Shown in pieces: positions 25,060-32,000 of a stretch of DNA of 32,000 bases. Made by a program: the position numbers and the translations under genes. The stretch spans positions 1,230,001 through 1,262,000 of the forward strand of contig CBDCNV010000001.1 in NCBI GenBank assembly GCA_965219535.1, written 5' to 3'. Origin of the DNA: Opitutales bacterium. GTDB taxonomy: Bacteria > Verrucomicrobiota > Verrucomicrobiia > Opitutales > PNEW01. Within the stretch, counting starts at the first letter, position 1. Each line of letters opens with the position of its first letter. Below the pieces are notes generated by a model, which was not told the origin of the DNA, did no database searches, and saw only the letters and a program-made list of their open reading frames with translations.

Positions 25060-26288
25060 TTAACTTTTATTTCCCTACTTAAGTAGAGGATCTGGTCTCT
25101 TTCTATTACACCTAATGTTTTAAATTCTTCAGCCGTTGATTTTGTAGGTGTATTTTGCTCCAATGTTTCTACAACCGGCTCATTGACAATTTGACTGACT
25201 GTTTCTGCAACCGGTTCTATGACCGGTTCTTCAACAAATTGACTAACCGGTTCTATGACCGGTTCTTCAACAAATTGACTAACCGGTTCTATGACCGGTT
25301 CTTCAACAAATTCATCAACTGGTTCGTCGACAGTTTCATCAACGGGCTCTACGGCCGGTTCTGCTTCATCAGGTGGTTCACCAATTAGCTTGTATATATT
25401 TTCTTGTGCCTCCGGATGCCCAAAATCATTAGCGCTATTTAACCAGAATAGCGCTTTATCATTGTCCAATGGCACGCCCATACCTTCGACATATCGCATG
25501 CCGACATCGAACTTTAATTCGGCACCACCAGCTTCTGCCGCGGCGTTAAACATAATTTCCGCTTCTTCTGAACTCTGAGATACTCCAAAACCCTCGTCAT
25601 AGTATAAACCTAATTTATAAAGTGAATTTGCGTCACCCAGGTCTGCCGCTTTATGATAAAAACGTGCGGCTTCTTTATAATGTTTCTTCTCATCAAATTG
25701 TTCCGCGGCTTTTCGATACCATGTAGATGCTTTCACGACATTTTTCTTCACGCCATTTCCACGGCTGAAGTAATCACCCAATGTCTCGATCGCAAAAATT
25801 TCACCATCATCTGCTGCGCGCCGGCACCATATTGCTGCTTTTCTGTAAGCGTTCTGCGAGTCGAGCTGTCTGGCAGCTTTAATCATCCATTTTGCAGCCA
25901 GGCTATTACTTTGAGGTACTCCATGTCCTTTGCCGTAAAATAACCCTAAATAATATTGTGCTTTGGGATGATCCTGCTCGGCGGCGAGATAAAACCAATT
26001 GGCTGCATCTCTTTCATTTTTTTCAACGCCAGCCCCCTTGGCATGAATAACACCTAAATTATATTGCGCCTTAATATGGCCCTCTGCCGCAGCCTTGCGC
26101 AGCCATTTTAACGCTTCCGTTGAGTCTTGTTGCGCCCCTCTACCCAATTGATATTTCATTCCGCGCATATAATACCCTTCAGCCGTGTTTGGCTCGGAAA
26201 TTTGGCCTGGTACTTCACCCAAAGGATATAAAATAAATCCGGAGAGAATAATAAGAAGCAGGGTGTGGTGATGAAATCTCAAGTTCAT
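25026..26288 (-). CDS. secreted Sel1-like repeat (SLR/TPR-like) protein with acidic Pro/Glu/Val-rich tandem-repeat tail
   Basis: 420-aa ORF with an N-terminal signal peptide. It has multiple SLR units ('AQYNLGVIHAKGAGVEKNERDAANWF', 'AQYYLGLFYGKGHGVPQS...'). The C-terminal part carries 'EEPVIEPVSQFV' x3. Confidence 0.8.
   Translation of the reverse strand: MNLRFHHHTLLLIILSGFILYPLGEVPGQISEPNTAEGYYMRGMKYQLGRGAQQDSTEALKWLRKAAAEGHIKAQYNLGVIHAKGAGVEKNERDAANWFYLAAEQDHPKAQYYLGLFYGKGHGVPQSNSLAAKWMIKAARQLDSQNAYRKAAIWCRRAADDGEIFAIETLGDYFSRGNGVKKNVVKASTWYRKAAEQFDEKKHYKEAARFYHKAADLGDANSLYKLGLYYDEGFGVSQSSEEAEIMFNAAAEAGGAELKFDVGMRYVEGMGVPLDNDKALFWLNSANDFGHPEAQENIYKLIGEPPDEAEPAVEPVDETVDEPVDEFVEEPVIEPVSQFVEEPVIEPVSQFVEEPVIEPVAETVSQIVNEPVVETLEQNTPTKSTAEEFKTLGVIERDQILYLSREIKVKGVIHLDRTSI
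25209..25316. repeat. 36-bp tandem repeat (about 3 copies, first two perfect) inside the Sel1-repeat gene
   Basis: The unit 'aaccggttctatgaccggttcttcaacaaattgact' occupies 25209-25244 and 25245-25280. The third copy, 25281-25316, diverges only at its end. The repeat is in frame (12 aa). Confidence 0.9.
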
Positions 26289-26496
26289 GGATAGAATTTA
26301 CAGTCCAAATAAAATAAGCTATGGAATGATTACAATAAATAGTATACGGTGATCAGTAGTCAGTAAATAAAATATACTTACAAATATTAACGAGAAGAAC
26401 CGGTGTGTTTTGATCAATTCACCTCAATTCATGTCCTGAATAGTGCTAGTCTAAAGTATGTTTATTTTTGTAATCCGAAAAATTAAAAAGGTAACA

Positions 26497-29031
26497 ATGA
26501 AAAGAACCATAATTGCGGGAATTATTCTAATTCAAATTTCGATTTTAAATTATAACCTCTACGCGACCCCGGAGGCTTTTGAAGTGGGACCAGCGACCCA
26601 GGATCAGCTACCCGGAGGAAAAGAAGCCGACGGGATTATTGGCGATTTTATCATGCGCAATAATTTGATCGAAGCGGTTATTTCACATAACGCGCATTTA
26701 CGGAAAGCCAATATTGGGACGAATTGGGATGCTGTAACTCCCGGGTGTCTCTATGACTTGACTAGAAGGGGAACAAACAACGATCAATTAACAATTTTCA
26801 GACCATCACACCAAAACGGGCCAGTATCTTATGTGCGAATTGTAAACGATGGCAACGGCGGCAACGCCGTTGTCGAAACCATAGTTTCGGCGACAATCAA
26901 TAAGGGTCTGTTCACAAGGCATGAGTATCATTTGCAAGATGACTGGCAGGGTCTTTACGTTATCACAACGCTACATAATAAATCTTCCGATCCAATTACC
27001 ATCGAAGCTCGAGATTTGATTACCAATGAACCGCCCGGTCGTACTCTTACATTATCCGATTTAAAATCAGTTAGAGGTATACTGGTTGGAGATGCGATTG
27101 ATCCTCACGATAAAGCTGGGTATGCCTGTGGTTGGGTAGCTCAAGAAGGTATGACTGCTCCGCCGGATATTGTTGAGATCGCACCAGGTGAAGAGATTCG
27201 TTACGCGCGATTTTTAATGGTGGGAAATTCGCCCGCCCAGGCATTTGGTCTTGTTGCCGAGCGCCAGGGGAGCGTGGGAATGGTTGTGGGAACAATTAAA
27301 GAGAAAGACGGTAACCCCGCTCTATTTGCCAAAGTAGAGGTAGCAATAGATGAAGAGACAGTCACTGCATACCCGGATAGTGAGGGCCATTATCATTTTA
27401 ACCTTCCTGTGGGTAAATACAACCTGACGGTCCAGGATCTAGGCCGAACCCCGATGGAAAGGAAAATAACTGTTAGGGCTGGCAAAACGTTAAAAGAGAA
27501 TTTTATTTTAAAACCGGCATCGGCAATCCAATTTTCCATTCGTGGAGAAAATGGTAAAAGTACTCCCTGCAAAGCACAGTTTATCGGCATTGAGGGGACA
27601 CCCTCGCCAAACCTGGGCCCCAGCAACCGTGCACACGGTTGCCTCGATCAGTATCATTCGGAAAATGGAGATTTCCGTGTACAACTTTCAGCGGGTACTT
27701 ACCGTGTCATCGTTACTCATGGCATTGAATATACGCATTTGGAAAAAGTTGTAAGCATCGAAGAGGGAGAGACGGTGCCGATTTCGGGTACCCTTGCAAG
27801 AATTGTAAATACTAAGGGTTGGATCAGCGCGGATTATCACAATCATTCCTCCCCAAGCGGGGATAATACGACAGGCACCGATGATAGGATTATCAACCTC
27901 GCTGCCGAACAGATCGAATTTGCTCCGACGACTGAGCACAATCGGATCTATGATTGGAGTCCGCATATTGAAAAACTCGGCCTGGAGGAAGAAATATCGA
28001 CCATCTCCGGGATGGAATTGACCGGACGGGGACCTCACTTAAACTCGTTCCCTCTTAAACCGGTCCCCTATACTCAAGATGGGGGTGCGCCGGAATGGAA
28101 TAAAGACCCGCGAATTAATGCAATCGCTCTACGGAATTTTCAGGGTTTTATGCCCGAGCGCTGGGTGCATTTAAACCATCCTGATATGGTTGAAGACTTT
28201 AATGATATGAATGAAGACGGTCATGCGGATGGGGGTTATCAAGGGCTACAATATTTAATTGATGCAGCTGAAACTTGGGTCGGAAACACCAATACTTATG
28301 ATATATTCACGCGAGCACCTTTTCACATCGGAAAAGATGATGAGGGTGAGGAAGAGGTGCACTATGATCGACAGTTTATTTGGCTGCAGTTGCTTAACCG
28401 CGGTCATCGTTATTGGAGTATCGCTGTGTCCGATGCGCATTCCGTGCATGGTAACGGGGTCGGCGGTTGGAGAATATACGTACCGAGTTCAAGCGATGAA
28501 CCTTCAGAATTAAATTGGAAAGAACTCATACGAAATTCGAAAGCGGGTCAGATTCTCATGACCAATGGGCCGTTTTTGCAGGTTGAAACCGAGGATGGGG
28601 TGATAGCGGGTGGCACGACACGGGCTGTGGGCTCCATTAATTTAAAAATTAAAGTGCAGACTACGGATTGGATCGATATTGATCGAATTCAGATCCTTGT
28701 GAATAGCAGGCAGCGAAGCGATTTAAATTACACACGTGAAAGTCATCCCCAAATGTTTCAGGATGGAGTGGTGAAGTTTGATCAATCTGTGCAAGTACCT
28801 ATCAGTGAAGACAGCCATTTGATTGTCGTTGCCTACGGCGAGAACTCAGACTTGAAGACAGGTTATGGTAGCAGTTGGCAGGCGGAAATGCATCCCTGTG
28901 CTTATATAAACCCGATCTTCGTCGATGCCGATGGAGGCGGATTTACACCCAATGGAGATACACTTGATTTTCCCATACCGACCAAAGGATTATCGGTGGA
29001 TGAAGCGAAAAAAATACTCGAGCGGCTGTAG
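26497..29031 (+). CDS. secreted PHP-domain metallohydrolase-like protein (CehA/McbA-like) with carboxypeptidase-regulatory-like beta-sandwich domains
   Basis: The ORF is open from 26458. ATG 26497 gives the signal peptide 'MKRTIIAGIILIQISILNYNLYA'. 'GMVVGTIKEKDGNPALFAKVEV....YPDSEGHYHFNLPVGKYNLTV' is a CarboxypepD_reg-like motif. 'ADYHNHSSPSGD' and the later 'SDAHS' resemble PHP metal ligands. Confidence 0.7.
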   Translation: MKRTIIAGIILIQISILNYNLYATPEAFEVGPATQDQLPGGKEADGIIGDFIMRNNLIEAVISHNAHLRKANIGTNWDAVTPGCLYDLTRRGTNNDQLTIFRPSHQNGPVSYVRIVNDGNGGNAVVETIVSATINKGLFTRHEYHLQDDWQGLYVITTLHNKSSDPITIEARDLITNEPPGRTLTLSDLKSVRGILVGDAIDPHDKAGYACGWVAQEGMTAPPDIVEIAPGEEIRYARFLMVGNSPAQAFGLVAERQGSVGMVVGTIKEKDGNPALFAKVEVAIDEETVTAYPDSEGHYHFNLPVGKYNLTVQDLGRTPMERKITVRAGKTLKENFILKPASAIQFSIRGENGKSTPCKAQFIGIEGTPSPNLGPSNRAHGCLDQYHSENGDFRVQLSAGTYRVIVTHGIEYTHLEKVVSIEEGETVPISGTLARIVNTKGWISADYHNHSSPSGDNTTGTDDRIINLAAEQIEFAPTTEHNRIYDWSPHIEKLGLEEEISTISGMELTGRGPHLNSFPLKPVPYTQDGGAPEWNKDPRINAIALRNFQGFMPERWVHLNHPDMVEDFNDMNEDGHADGGYQGLQYLIDAAETWVGNTNTYDIFTRAPFHIGKDDEGEEEVHYDRQFIWLQLLNRGHRYWSIAVSDAHSVHGNGVGGWRIYVPSSSDEPSELNWKELIRNSKAGQILMTNGPFLQVETEDGVIAGGTTRAVGSINLKIKVQTTDWIDIDRIQILVNSRQRSDLNYTRESHPQMFQDGVVKFDQSVQVPISEDSHLIVVAYGENSDLKTGYGSSWQAEMHPCAYINPIFVDADGGGFTPNGDTLDFPIPTKGLSVDEAKKILERL

Positions 29032-29160
29032 CCAGAAGGCCAGAGAACCAGTTCCAAGTTCCGCAGTCGCGGAACGACATCTTCCAATACGGAAAACCAG
29101 AAAGCCAGGGGAATAAAGACTAAGAGAATGAGAGTGATGACGGTATCAAACATATTTCTC

Positions 29161-29276
29161 AACGCATAACCGCATATACACTTTTTCGCTTACACGCATA
29201 TCCGCATCCACGCTTACACTCATAAAAGTAATTCCTCATATTGCCTAACACCTAAAACTTAAAACCTAACACTTAA
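29161..29276. repeat. low-complexity word repeats (ACGCATA/CCGCAT and CTAACAC/CTAAAAC words) in a convergent intergenic region
   Basis: The region contains 'acgcataaccgcatatacac...cgcttacacgcatatccgcatccacgcttacactc' and 'cctaacacctaaaacttaaaacctaacactta'. The same words recur at 16123-16142, 16349-16360 and 1000-1017. Confidence 0.6.
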
Positions 29277-29297
29277 TATTTTTCCATTGGAAAAATA

Positions 29298-30083
29298 TTA
29301 AACAGTAGCGCTTGAACCGCCATCGATGTTTATCGATGTGCCGGTTATGAATTCGCCGCGATCAGAGACAAGGAAAGCTACGAGATCCGCAACCTCACTG
29401 GCTTCACCAAATCGTCCTAGAGGAATTTTTTTGCCCTCTTCAACACACCAGTCTTCATAACTGAGCGGACTGTTTAATGACTGCCAAACGCGAACACCCT
29501 GGGCGGATTTGATATTTATCAGACAAACAGTATTAACACGAATTCCGTGTGGTGCCATGTCGTGGGATAAAGCCTTGGTAAAGGCGATACCAGCAGCGCG
29601 GGTGACTGATGTCGGCATTGTTTGAGCACCGGGTGCCTTTCCTAAGGGGTGTGTGATATTGATAATGCATCCGGCCCCTTTCTTTTTCATATGGGGAATC
29701 ACTTTTCGCGAACAGCGCACGGCAGACCAGAATTTAAGGTTAAAATCTTCCTGCCATAGCTCCTCCGTAGTATCTTCGAATGGATAACCCGCCGCCCTTC
29801 CCGCATTATTGATCAAAATGTCTACATCACCAAATTCTGTAATCACCGCATCAAGAAATTGATTGATGTCTTGCTCAACGGTTACGTCCGCTGGAATGGC
29901 GAGTATTTTTGCATCCGTATGTTTATCAATTTCCTCTGCCGCCTCATTTAACACATCGGGGCGTCGAGCACAGATGGCGACACGACACCCTTCGTCTGCC
30001 AGTTTTTTGGCTATGGCTTTGCCAATTCCTTCACTGCCGCCCGTTATAACGGCAACTTTATCAGTAAGATTCGTTTCTATCAT
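29298..30083 (-). CDS. short-chain dehydrogenase/reductase (SDR) family protein, atypical active-site region
   Basis: 261-aa ORF with 'VITGGSEGIGKAIA' (TGxxxGxG) and 'NNAG'. The expected Y-x-x-x-K position reads 'T-S-V-T-R' in my hand alignment. Confidence 0.75.
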   Translation of the reverse strand: MIETNLTDKVAVITGGSEGIGKAIAKKLADEGCRVAICARRPDVLNEAAEEIDKHTDAKILAIPADVTVEQDINQFLDAVITEFGDVDILINNAGRAAGYPFEDTTEELWQEDFNLKFWSAVRCSRKVIPHMKKKGAGCIINITHPLGKAPGAQTMPTSVTRAAGIAFTKALSHDMAPHGIRVNTVCLINIKSAQGVRVWQSLNSPLSYEDWCVEEGKKIPLGRFGEASEVADLVAFLVSDRGEFITGTSINIDGGSSATV

Positions 30084-30110
30084 TTATAATCAGGTTATTT
30101 TATTTTGAAA

Positions 30111-30989
30111 CTAAACAGGCATTGTCCGTTTCGTATAAGCCCTTCCGGTTTTTACCCCTGCTTCGCGGTCATAACAGTTCATCATCATTATGCCATCATC
30201 GATTTTACTGCTCACGTCATTAGTATGGGCACCTTCCAGAAAATGTATTCCTGCGTTTTCGCAAGCGGATTTCACCTTATTGCGAGCGTCCCACATATCC
30301 GGTGAGTAGGGGGGGTCGTGGGCATTGGGGTAGCCTAATGACATACCCATGTCACCCGGTCCCCATTCAGAAAATATTATACCCGGTACCTTGGCTGTAA
30401 GCTCGGCATTGGCGAGAGCGCGCTTATTTTCAATTTTTAGACCGAGCATAATTTCACCCTCAGGATTCAAGGGCCAGGGGTCAGCCTTCTGCAGGTATTC
30501 ATCCGGCGGAATGCCCCAAATCTCGGCGGCTCTCATTTGTCCCCCGGCTCCACGTCGACCCTGTTCATCCCCCTCTTTCATCCCCACGGTTTGAAAGGGG
30601 AAGCGACAGGATTGGACAAATGCTTGAACCGCTTCAGGAGATTCAGCGTGACATAAGAGTATGCCATGCACTCCCTGACTCAAGGCTTGTTTGAACATCC
30701 ACGAATTAGCACGTACGGCGGCTTCACTGGAGCCTTCAACAGGCAAGTCGATGCATACAGCCGGTGTGCGATGACCACTGGCGGTCGGGCCGCCGTCGAC
30801 CAGCCCTTGCATGAAGGTACCTAGTGCACAGAGGTCATATATATTGTGCTCCATACTTACTTGAATATAGTCGGCAAAAGTTTTCGCTAGTGCTTTTCCG
30901 CCTTCGTAGCTTACATCCGATGCGACAGTATAATATATCGGTTGATTTTGTTCCAGTAGCTCTATGCCTTTATTAATACGTTTTGTCAT
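30111..30989 (-). CDS. HpcH/HpaI-family aldolase / citrate-lyase-beta-like protein
   Basis: 292-aa ORF. 'YIQVSMEH' (substrate/metal E-H region), 'GILLCHAESPEAVQAFVQSCRFPF' and 'IENKRALANAELTAKVPGIIFSEWGPGDMGMSLG' match the HpcH/HpaI pattern by eye. Confidence 0.65.
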   Translation of the reverse strand: MTKRINKGIELLEQNQPIYYTVASDVSYEGGKALAKTFADYIQVSMEHNIYDLCALGTFMQGLVDGGPTASGHRTPAVCIDLPVEGSSEAAVRANSWMFKQALSQGVHGILLCHAESPEAVQAFVQSCRFPFQTVGMKEGDEQGRRGAGGQMRAAEIWGIPPDEYLQKADPWPLNPEGEIMLGLKIENKRALANAELTAKVPGIIFSEWGPGDMGMSLGYPNAHDPPYSPDMWDARNKVKSACENAGIHFLEGAHTNDVSSKIDDGIMMMNCYDREAGVKTGRAYTKRTMPV

Positions 30990-31082
30990 ATTATTAAAAT
31001 TTTGTAATTTGATTAAATATTCTCATCCTCAAACTGTTTTTTGTAAACTGCGTCCCACCTCTAGTATCCTGCATCCTGACTT

Positions 31083-31946
31083 TTATTTTTCACCGAATCT
31101 TTTTGCCATAGCATACTTATCTTCAACCCCGATGAGCTCATTGAAAGCTTTAAAATTCATAAGGCGATCATCTTCCCCCAGGGTAGTGCCATCGCTATAA
31201 AGTTTTTCGTAAATGATACGCATCGTTTGGGCGGCTCCGTATAGACCAGCCAGGGGATAGAGAATGAGATGAAATCCCATTTCAGCCAGTTGTTCTTTTG
31301 GTAATACCGGTGTTTTCCCCCCTTCGATCATGTTGGCGACATTGGGTGCGGGAGAGCGCCGTCCAATCTCAGTCAGTTGTTCCAAGGAGTCCGGTGCCTC
31401 GACAAAACTGGCATCCGCTCCTAACTCGCGGGCGCCTTCCACCCGGGCAATGGCTTCATTGAGATTAACCGCAGCCTCCGCATCGGTGCGAGCGACGATA
31501 AAGAAATCCCGGTCATTGCGTGCCTCAACAGCCGCTCGAATCTTGTCTAAATACTGTTCGCGCTCGATTACTTTCTTCCCACGCATGTGACCACACTTCT
31601 TTGGCCAGACCTGGTCTTCCAGAAAACAACCGGCCGCGCCTGCGGCGATGAGATCATTAACGGTACGGAATACATTCAGCGGGTTCCCGTAGCCAGTATC
31701 GGCGTCAATTATGATCGGAATGGACACGCTTTCGCATATGTGGCGCGAGCGGTCTTTCATTTCCGTTTGTGTTAACAGTCCCATATCCGGTTCGCCAATC
31801 TCCGATGCCGACACCGAGTAACCTGAGACAAATCCCAGGGGAAAACCTACCCGTTCTGCGATTTTCGCGGAGAGCGCATCATAGACACCGGGAAAAGCGA
31901 TGGAGCCCACTTTATCAAGAATACCTTGAATTCGATTTTTACTCAT
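31083..31946 (-). CDS. isocitrate lyase / PEP mutase superfamily protein (2-methylisocitrate lyase / oxaloacetate decarboxylase-like)
   Basis: 287-aa ORF with 'PGVYDALSAKIAE', 'IIIDADTGYGN', 'LEDQVWPKKCGHMRGKKV' and 'FIVARTDA'. The K(K/R)CGH loop is the lyase-type signature, not the true PEP mutase type. Confidence 0.8.
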   Translation of the reverse strand: MSKNRIQGILDKVGSIAFPGVYDALSAKIAERVGFPLGFVSGYSVSASEIGEPDMGLLTQTEMKDRSRHICESVSIPIIIDADTGYGNPLNVFRTVNDLIAAGAAGCFLEDQVWPKKCGHMRGKKVIEREQYLDKIRAAVEARNDRDFFIVARTDAEAAVNLNEAIARVEGARELGADASFVEAPDSLEQLTEIGRRSPAPNVANMIEGGKTPVLPKEQLAEMGFHLILYPLAGLYGAAQTMRIIYEKLYSDGTTLGEDDRLMNFKAFNELIGVEDKYAMAKRFGEK

Positions 31947-32000
31947 ATATTTCCGGGTTAAAAGTGGTTGTGAAATTCAATCATTCACAAAATTACCATC

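Noticed and set aside
25209-25316. Regular 36-bp repeats that could be mistaken for a CRISPR array.
   Set aside because: The units are contiguous with no spacers, lie in frame within a coding sequence, and encode a repeated 12-aa peptide. No cas genes are present.
28902-29162. 86-aa minus-strand ORF and 63-aa plus-strand ORF in the PHP-hydrolase/SDR convergent gap.
   Set aside because: They overlap the 3' end of the 857-aa gene and the word-repeat region. They have no motifs and no start context.
31083-31946. PEP mutase and hence a phosphonate biosynthesis cluster.
   Set aside because: The active-site loop reads 'EDQVWPKKCGH', the isocitrate/methylisocitrate lyase-type K(K/R)CGH signature, rather than the EDK...NS-type loop of true PEP mutases. 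No phosphonopyruvate decarboxylase is adjacent.

Overview
This is an AT-leaning bacterial chromosomal window. I recognised no rRNA, tRNA, CRISPR array, transposase, integrase or known defence gene. About 22 protein genes are supportable. Most are ordinary metabolic or transport genes: amidohydrolase, SthA-like transhydrogenase, ChrA, class IV aminotransferase, Zn-ADH, isochorismatase-like hydrolase, enolase-superfamily enzyme, CDF metal exporter, DegT-type aminotransferase, and an SDR/HpcH-aldolase/ICL-PEP-mutase-family cluster. The outstanding feature is a head-to-tail triplication at 8945-16080. Each unit is about 2.45 kb and encodes a roughly 750-aa secreted multidomain protein: signal peptide, two lectin-like modules, Pro-rich linker, Ig-like domain, and a roughly 290-aa C-terminal domain I cannot assign to any family. 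Copies 2 and 3 are preceded by a conserved promoter/leader block, and copies 1 and 2 are followed by a conserved terminator. The three copies show a mosaic, gene-conversion-like identity pattern. The second theme is a set of hairpin-rich, word-like interspersed repeats in several intergenic regions (2502-3231, 16081-16383, 17521-18130, 19007-19230, 29032-29297). These include a three-member repeat family, a cassette of five hairpins, and a 401-bp composite bounded by 27-nt inverted repeats. Other points worth a second look are a G9 tract inside a 14-repeat FG-GAP double-propeller surface protein, a perfect 36-bp coding VNTR plus an apparent frameshift in a Sel1-repeat protein, a DUF4126/double zinc-ribbon fusion, and an SDR that appears to lack the canonical Tyr/Lys. 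All functional calls rest on motif recognition by eye. No database search was possible.
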